This document shows, in pieces, positions 63,001-64,000 of a stretch of DNA of 64,000 nt. How positions within the stretch are numbered: the stretch's first letter is position 1; each line of letters begins with the position of its first letter. Both the position numbers and the translations under genes were made by a program. Source of the DNA: Podarcis cretensis (Eukaryota); assembly GCA_951804945.1 (NCBI GenBank), contig OX638165.1, positions 41,168,001 to 41,232,000 on the forward strand, written 5' to 3'. The notes under the pieces are model-generated. The model was not told the origin of the DNA, did not search any database, and saw only the letters and a program-made list of their open reading frames with translations.

Positions 63001-63850
63001 GGGATCGACTGGTTCTTGCCCTGGCCACCCCAGGCTCTAGATGCTGTTGCTAAGTTCTTTTTGGGTATGTAAACATTTTTGAAGCAAGAGGCTAATGGGC
63101 ATGTAATTGAAGGAAACATATTCTTCCCCGTGCCTTAATTTCCCCCTTCCTTTACTGTTTTCCTATTCCTTGTTTAACTTATGACCTGCCATAGCTCTTC
63201 TTCTCCCAGTGCTGTTACCTATGGAGGAAAGAAGCAAATACCCTTCCCTTCGTTTTCCTCTGTGAGGCCAAAAGCAGCTTGGGGTGGAGAGGCACTTGAT
63301 TTTGGAGATGAAAAACTGGAAGAGAATAAAGGGTTAAGACATCTTATCTTCCACCCATGCCCCACTAGCCTCCACCAATCTTCTATTGGAGATTGCAACC
63401 TGAGAAACTACTTTAATTAAACAAAAAAGAAAACACTGGAGTGGAGGGAACTACTCATGATTAATTGTGTGGGTTCATCTTAAGTGAAATGCACCTTTGA
63501 TATGACAGAGACTAGTATTTCTTTGAGCCACAAAGACCAATAACAACTTGTGTGTCTCTCTACAATGTTTGTGTGTTGCAACACTGACCTCCAGCATCTA
63601 CTCTGTTCGCCTTCTGTACTTTGCAGGTAAGCATGTTTTTTCTCTTTCCCAGGGAACAATCCACTGATCCCATCTGAAAAAACTGAGGCAGTCATTGAAC
63701 ACAGTGTCATGGTCCACGGTTCAGTGGGGCTCTACAGCAAAAGATTTCAGCAGAAACTCAGACGGAGCAACTACGTCACCCCCAAAAATTATCTTGATTT
63801 CATCAACACCTACTGCAAACTGCTGGATGAAAAGAATCAGTTCATTTGGG
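2241..63850 (+). CDS. DNAH10: Axonemal dynein heavy chain 10, partial multi-exon gene (40 coding exons in window, 5' and 3' ends outside)
   Basis: Exons join in frame across AG/GT(GC) junctions. Four P-loops: [33 protein letters not shown]; Walker B CFDEFNR; [13 protein letters not shown]. Peptides such as [24 protein letters not shown] and GESGTSKT match my recollection of the DNAH10 paralog. Confidence 0.93.
2859..3095 (-). mobile_element. CR1 LINE 3' fragment
   Basis: CATAGAATCATAGAAT is the reverse complement of the (ATTCTATG)n tail; body resembles the 3' end of the CR1 at 44900-45172. Confidence 0.8.
3152..3356. mobile_element. hAT-type MITE
   Basis: 16-bp TIR CAGAGCTTTCCAAACT; 8-bp TSD TCTTAGAG/TCTTAGTG. 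Confidence 0.8.
3873..4037 (+). CDS. DNAH10: DNAH10 exon w2 (IGDYIVRC...EDYLP)
   Basis: ttcaaag acceptor, gtaagc donor. Confidence 0.9.
4178..4588. mobile_element. Solo LTR
   Basis: TGTTA...TGACA termini with perfect 5-bp TSD GATGT (4173-4177 and 4589-4593). Confidence 0.7.
5713..5920 (+). CDS. DNAH10: DNAH10 exon w3 (AKEYFEYI...TLIL)
   Basis: ttggcag acceptor, gtaagt donor. Confidence 0.9.
6607..6763 (+). CDS. DNAH10: DNAH10 exon w4 (NLQSFNAAV...VEVTK)
   Basis: ctttgcag acceptor, gtgagt donor. Confidence 0.9.
7480..7724. mobile_element. Tc1/mariner (Tigger/pogo-like) MITE
   Basis: TA TSD; TIR about CAGTGGTACCTCGGGTTA; internal TAACCTGAAG repeats. Confidence 0.8.
7897..8373 (+). CDS. DNAH10: DNAH10 exon w5 (HFVRWMHG...QENIE)
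   Basis: atgcag acceptor, gtaaga donor, 159 open codons. Confidence 0.92.
9743..9901 (+). CDS. DNAH10: DNAH10 exon w6 (RLSHNLK...MYNIP)
   Basis: ccccag acceptor, gtaagt donor. Confidence 0.9.
10119..10236. mobile_element. hAT-type MITE
   Basis: 21-bp TIR CAGGCTTCCTCAAACTCGGCC; 8-bp TSD TTCTTAGA/TTCTTAGG. Confidence 0.85.
11215..11317 (+). mobile_element. Degenerate tRNA-Lys-derived SINE with CR1-type tail
   Basis: GGTAGAGCATGAGACTC..AATCTTAGGGTTGTGGGTT resembles tRNA-Lys(CTT); 3' GGTCCCTTCTATGATTCTA resembles the CR1 tail. Confidence 0.55.
11476..11592 (+). CDS. DNAH10: DNAH10 exon w7 (TTEEEQQLV...KKTFTE)
   Basis: ctttag acceptor, gtactg donor; not in the ORF track. Confidence 0.85.
11678..11780 (+). 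CDS. DNAH10: DNAH10 exon w8 (ITREQIA...[11 protein letters not shown])
   Basis: cccctag acceptor, gtaaga donor; 85-nt upstream intron. Confidence 0.88.
12205..13100 (+). mobile_element. Decayed internal L1 ORF2 fragment (endonuclease C-half and spacer)
   Basis: [29 protein letters not shown] and RWRLNENLL align with L1 ORF2 at 40820-41990; many stops; ends approximate. Confidence 0.8.
13982..14160 (+). CDS. DNAH10: DNAH10 exon w9 (LELMVVF...YKLQR)
   Basis: ctgcag acceptor, gtaagt donor; [14 protein letters not shown]. Confidence 0.92.
14186..14226. repeat. (GT)n microsatellite
   Basis: About 20 GT units, 25 nt after the exon w9 donor. Confidence 0.95.
14229..14560. mobile_element. pogo/Tc2-like MITE
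   Basis: TIR CCGTAGATTCCGGCGTATA vs CCGTAGATTGCGGCATATTA; TA flanks; CpG-rich. Confidence 0.75.
16108..16190. repeat. Compound (TG)n(AG)n microsatellite
   Basis: Read directly from the sequence. Confidence 0.95.
16246..16381. mobile_element. hAT-type palindromic MITE
   Basis: Near-complete hairpin CAGGCATGGGCAAA...TTTGCCTATGCCTG; perfect 8-bp TSD CATTAAAC. Confidence 0.88.
17704..17915 (+). CDS. DNAH10: DNAH10 exon w10 ([11 protein letters not shown]...EALRER)
   Basis: tttccag acceptor, AG|gtttga donor; linker start. Confidence 0.9.
18245..18484. mobile_element. Degenerate Tc1/mariner MITE related to 7480..7724
   Basis: TA+CAGTGGTCCCTTGGTTG left end; degenerate inverted right end followed by TA. 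Confidence 0.55.
18665..18821 (+). CDS. DNAH10: DNAH10 exon w11 (HWKELM...ELGIEK)
   Basis: ttttcag acceptor, gtaaag donor. Confidence 0.92.
18923..19156 (+). CDS. DNAH10: DNAH10 exon w12 (GVKEIVETW...GEVIE)
   Basis: ctcatag acceptor, gtaggg donor. Confidence 0.92.
19215..20060 (-). mobile_element. LTR-like element, boundaries uncertain
   Basis: TG start; minus-strand AATAAA (~19316) and TATAAA (~19817) in LTR order; 27-nt identity with 28598-28624; no TSD found. Confidence 0.4.
20118..20240 (+). CDS. DNAH10: DNAH10 exon w13 ([16 protein letters not shown]...IFKR), followed by a GC donor
   Basis: ccctag acceptor; conserved WMYLESIF; donor AGG|gcaagt. Confidence 0.9.
20396..20629 (+). CDS. 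DNAH10: DNAH10 exon w14 (IMSETVKD...QEHMIK)
   Basis: ctgcag acceptor; [17 protein letters not shown]; donor gtggat. Confidence 0.92.
21801..22024 (+). CDS. DNAH10: DNAH10 exon w15 (MYDNVAAL...CEDRSR)
   Basis: tttcag acceptor, gtgagg donor. Confidence 0.92.
23612..23881 (+). CDS. DNAH10: DNAH10 exon w16 (VDWMLMYQG...[15 protein letters not shown])
   Basis: ccttag acceptor, gtaatt donor. Confidence 0.93.
24052..24083. repeat. (CT)n microsatellite forming the polypyrimidine tract of exon w17
   Basis: CT repeat runs directly into the acceptor AG at 24084-24085. Confidence 0.9.
24086..24269 (+). CDS. DNAH10: DNAH10 exon w17 ([17 protein letters not shown]...LTLTQ)
   Basis: (CT)n-ag acceptor, gtaaac donor; [16 protein letters not shown]. 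Confidence 0.94.
25393..25527 (+). CDS. DNAH10: DNAH10 exon w18, AAA1 Walker A GPAGTGKT
   Basis: ccaaag acceptor, gtaaga donor. Confidence 0.95.
26642..26794 (+). CDS. DNAH10: DNAH10 exon w19, AAA1 Walker B ([10 protein letters not shown])
   Basis: ttctag acceptor, gtaaag donor. Confidence 0.94.
26956..27144 (+). CDS. DNAH10: DNAH10 exon w20 ([16 protein letters not shown])
   Basis: tttcag acceptor, gtaggt donor. Confidence 0.95.
27439..27585 (+). CDS. DNAH10: DNAH10 exon w21 ([19 protein letters not shown])
   Basis: tgcaag acceptor, gtaagc donor. Confidence 0.93.
28282..28700 (+). mobile_element. LTR-like element, boundaries uncertain
   Basis: TG start, GC-rich body, TGTAATCAATAAAGTTGTGGCC polyA region shared with 19302-19328. 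Confidence 0.4.
29210..29832 (-). mobile_element. L2-clade LINE RT C-terminal fragment
   Basis: [15 protein letters not shown]...[12 protein letters not shown] and [12 protein letters not shown] are typical L2 C-terminal motifs. Confidence 0.8.
29964..30155 (+). CDS. DNAH10: DNAH10 exon w22 ([16 protein letters not shown]...LPIQ)
   Basis: ccctag acceptor, gtatga donor. Confidence 0.94.
30526..30644 (+). CDS. DNAH10: DNAH10 exon w23, AAA2 Walker A GPTGGGKS
   Basis: ttatcag acceptor, gtgagt donor; not in the ORF track. Confidence 0.93.
31214..31372 (+). CDS. DNAH10: DNAH10 exon w24 ([13 protein letters not shown]...DWTDGVLS)
   Basis: atttag acceptor, gtaatt donor. Confidence 0.93.
32815..32950 (+). 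CDS. DNAH10: DNAH10 exon w25 ([25 protein letters not shown])
   Basis: atacag acceptor, gtaagg donor. Confidence 0.94.
33315..33434 (+). CDS. DNAH10: DNAH10 exon w26 ([16 protein letters not shown])
   Basis: tcctag acceptor, gtagaa donor. Confidence 0.92.
34331..34614 (+). mobile_element. Sauria SINE (internally deleted copy)
   Basis: tRNA-like head with B box GGTTCGAATCC, (ACCTTT)n tail, 10-bp TSD TCCTTGTAAT; lacks about 80 bp present in the 38476 copy. Confidence 0.88.
34875..35117. mobile_element. hAT-type MITE
   Basis: CAGGGGTTATCAAACT...AGTTTGCCTACCCATG imperfect TIR; GACAACA on both flanks. Confidence 0.65.
35349..35438. mobile_element. 90-bp hAT-type MITE
   Basis: TIR CATAGCTGTCAAC; perfect 8-bp TSD ACTCACAA. 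Confidence 0.88.
35818..35952 (+). CDS. DNAH10: DNAH10 exon w27 ([10 protein letters not shown]...QTDLNM)
   Basis: cctcag acceptor, gtaaga donor. Confidence 0.9.
37349..37660 (+). promoter_or_regulatory. CpG-rich L1 internal promoter region
   Basis: Many CpGs in an otherwise CpG-depleted locus; begins GACTTCCGG (ETS-like); promoter activity is inferred. Confidence 0.55.
38476..38835 (+). mobile_element. Sauria SINE inserted in the L1 5'UTR
   Basis: A/B box head, (ACCTTT)n tail, perfect 15-bp TSD CTAGACAATTAAGAA (38461-38475 and 38836-38850). Confidence 0.92.
39451..40449 (+). CDS. L1 ORF1p (coiled coil, RRM, CTD, acidic tail), open 332 aa
   Basis: Heptad-rich N-half, [28 protein letters not shown]; lies directly upstream of ORF2. 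Confidence 0.85.
   Translation: MAHQQKKGMEGVTPTERRASKQESDFKAEILKMFAEIKQSKKNLETKLEQVDRKIGEMDKKIDETVNELKGQIREVSKRTLSLEEGMKKVKLEMKEVKREEKKMKVEMMEISKAQEDIKDAMAMNELRQREVNLRLRSVPEIQNKDIKERLIMELAQWLELPAEVVKTVQSTFKMKVRSNKARKFPGDCLITFKDRGMRNLILQKNREKRLYIDGNYIIIFKDIPIRLLKRRDPYKPLVQILKKNKIDFKWEFPEGVSFFYKSKKHRLTSPEETGKFLRKYKELKAEEEEDKGAEGGAGSKEESESGEEKEENVKKSDEEVEEEEGEKKDTL
41083..41335. mobile_element. Tc1/mariner (Tigger-like) MITE inside the L1 endonuclease
   Basis: TA TSD; 22-bp TIR CAGTGGTGCC(C/T)CGCAAGACGAA; removing it restores S-R-I-D-Q-I-W. Confidence 0.92.
42106..45172 (+). mobile_element. 5'-truncated CR1 LINE inside L1 ORF2
   Basis: End of CR1 ORF1 ([18 protein letters not shown], stop at 42168-42170), ORF2 EN+RT, (ATTCTATG)n tail; removing it restores L1 [18 protein letters not shown]. 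Confidence 0.95.
42176..45093 (+). pseudogene. CR1 ORF2 (endonuclease and reverse transcriptase) with one frameshift at about 42733
   Basis: [58 protein letters not shown]; 186-aa and 784-aa ORFs in different frames. Confidence 0.92.
48611..48827 (+). CDS. DNAH10: DNAH10 exon w28 ([12 protein letters not shown]...PGELP)
   Basis: tggcag acceptor, gtagga donor; follows the 12.7-kb L1-containing intron. Confidence 0.92.
50070..50189 (+). CDS. DNAH10: DNAH10 exon w29 ([10 protein letters not shown]...FIDIL)
   Basis: cttcag acceptor, gtaagt donor. Confidence 0.92.
50512..50768 (+). mobile_element. tRNA-derived squamate SINE (Squam3-like)
   Basis: GGAGAGCCAGTGTGGTGTAGTGGTT A box, GGTTCG B-box region, CORE-like GGGTGACCTTGGGCTAGTCAC, (TTC)n-like tail. 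Confidence 0.7.
51254..51354 (+). mobile_element. Short LINE 3'-tail insertion headed by telomeric repeats
   Basis: 14-bp TSD CTGGGCAATAAGGG; TTAGGGTTAGGGTTTAG, then T-rich UTR, AATAAAG and a TATC-type tail. Confidence 0.75.
51612..51757 (+). CDS. DNAH10: DNAH10 exon w30, AAA3 P-loop GESGTSKT
   Basis: ctttag acceptor, gtaagg donor; VPTVDTTR. Confidence 0.93.
52981..53133 (+). CDS. DNAH10: DNAH10 exon w31 (INFSSRTTS...FMDDMNMPR)
   Basis: ttccag acceptor, gtaaga donor. Confidence 0.94.
54515..54950 (-). mobile_element. RTE-clade LINE 3' fragment
   Basis: [17 protein letters not shown]...[12 protein letters not shown] matches the RTE C-terminal GxRxxGRPxxRW...WR pattern. Confidence 0.7.
55128..55388 (+). 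CDS. DNAH10: DNAH10 exon w32 ([13 protein letters not shown]...KGHTS)
   Basis: ttcaaag acceptor, gtaatc donor. Confidence 0.93.
55633..55805 (+). CDS. DNAH10: DNAH10 exon w33 ([20 protein letters not shown])
   Basis: ttgcag acceptor, gtgagt donor. Confidence 0.94.
56013..56106 (+). CDS. DNAH10: DNAH10 exon w34 ([15 protein letters not shown])
   Basis: ttatag acceptor, gtgagt donor. Confidence 0.93.
56238..56386. mobile_element. hAT-type MITE
   Basis: CAGAGCTTTTTTC...GAAAAATAGCACTG TIR; 8-bp TSD CTTGCATC/CTTGTATC. Confidence 0.7.
57261..57428 (+). CDS. DNAH10: DNAH10 exon w35 (VEGHIQAL...RDPILFGDF...KALFQ)
   Basis: tataag acceptor, gtatag donor. Confidence 0.92.
58020..58300 (+). mobile_element. 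CR1 LINE 3' fragment
   Basis: Homologous to 44890-45172 (AGGAAGAACTTTCTGACAGTAAG...), ends CTATGATTCTATGAT. Confidence 0.85.
58556..58744 (+). CDS. DNAH10: DNAH10 exon w36, AAA4 P-loop GVGGSGKQS
   Basis: ttgcag acceptor, gttagt donor. Confidence 0.95.
59171..59342 (+). CDS. DNAH10: DNAH10 exon w37 ([10 protein letters not shown]...[11 protein letters not shown])
   Basis: ttttag acceptor, gtaacg donor. Confidence 0.93.
59696..59790 (+). mobile_element. Decayed CR1 RT fragment
   Basis: Resembles the HLEYCVQFW...[11 protein letters not shown] region at 44660-44750. Confidence 0.55.
60187..60390 (+). CDS. DNAH10: DNAH10 exon w38 ([10 protein letters not shown]...RCRNFP)
   Basis: taatag acceptor, gtatgt donor. 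Confidence 0.94.
60743..61550 (-). mobile_element. RTE-X-like LINE 3' fragment with C-terminal zinc-knuckle remnant
   Basis: LFTKARLN...GR...DRLCSC...HILL...Y...R; minus-strand AATAAAG+(ACTG)n(ATTG)n tail; splits an older repeat at GAAAAA. Confidence 0.65.
62219..62921 (-). mobile_element. Solo ERV-type LTR, antisense to DNAH10
   Basis: TG...CA termini, 4-bp TSD AGGG; on the minus strand a tandem ~49-bp U3 repeat (62477/62526), CATATAAGG TATA (~62442) and AATAAA (~62364) in the expected order. Confidence 0.75.
62984..63064 (+). CDS. DNAH10: DNAH10 exon w39 ([18 protein letters not shown])
   Basis: ttcaaag acceptor, gtatgt donor. Confidence 0.92.
63653..63850 (+). CDS. DNAH10: DNAH10 exon w40 (NNPLIPSE...[11 protein letters not shown]...QFIW)
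   Basis: ttcccag acceptor, G|gtaaca donor. Confidence 0.9.
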
Positions 63851-64000
63851 GTAACATCTGTGTTCTTAAGAAGATTTGCAAATCTCATACAAAATATTGT
63901 GCAAAGTCAGTTCTGTGCATGGCCTAAGGCTGCAATCATAACTGCACAACTTGGGAGTGAGCTCCATTGAATTCAGTAGGATTGTACTGTAAATTACGTA

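Overview
Vertebrate genomic DNA, most likely a squamate (lacertid-like lizard, judged from Sauria/Squam SINEs and CR1/L1/RTE content). The whole window lies inside one plus-strand gene, axonemal dynein heavy chain DNAH10. I could chain 40 coding exons in frame (2241..63850), covering the end of the tail, the linker and AAA1-AAA4; both gene ends are outside the window. Introns are rich in transposable elements. The largest is a full-length sense L1 (37349..47766, 17-bp TSD) that itself carries a Sauria SINE, a Tc1/mariner-type MITE and a 3-kb CR1. There are also several hAT and mariner MITEs, two TSD-flanked solo LTRs, and L2/RTE/CR1 fragments. The most unusual signal is a 101-bp TSD-flanked LINE 3' tail whose 5' junction consists of vertebrate telomeric repeats in telomerase register (51240..51368). 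Splicing oddities include a GC-AG intron and an AG|GTAAG site just before the last exon. Family names come from recalled motifs, not database searches.
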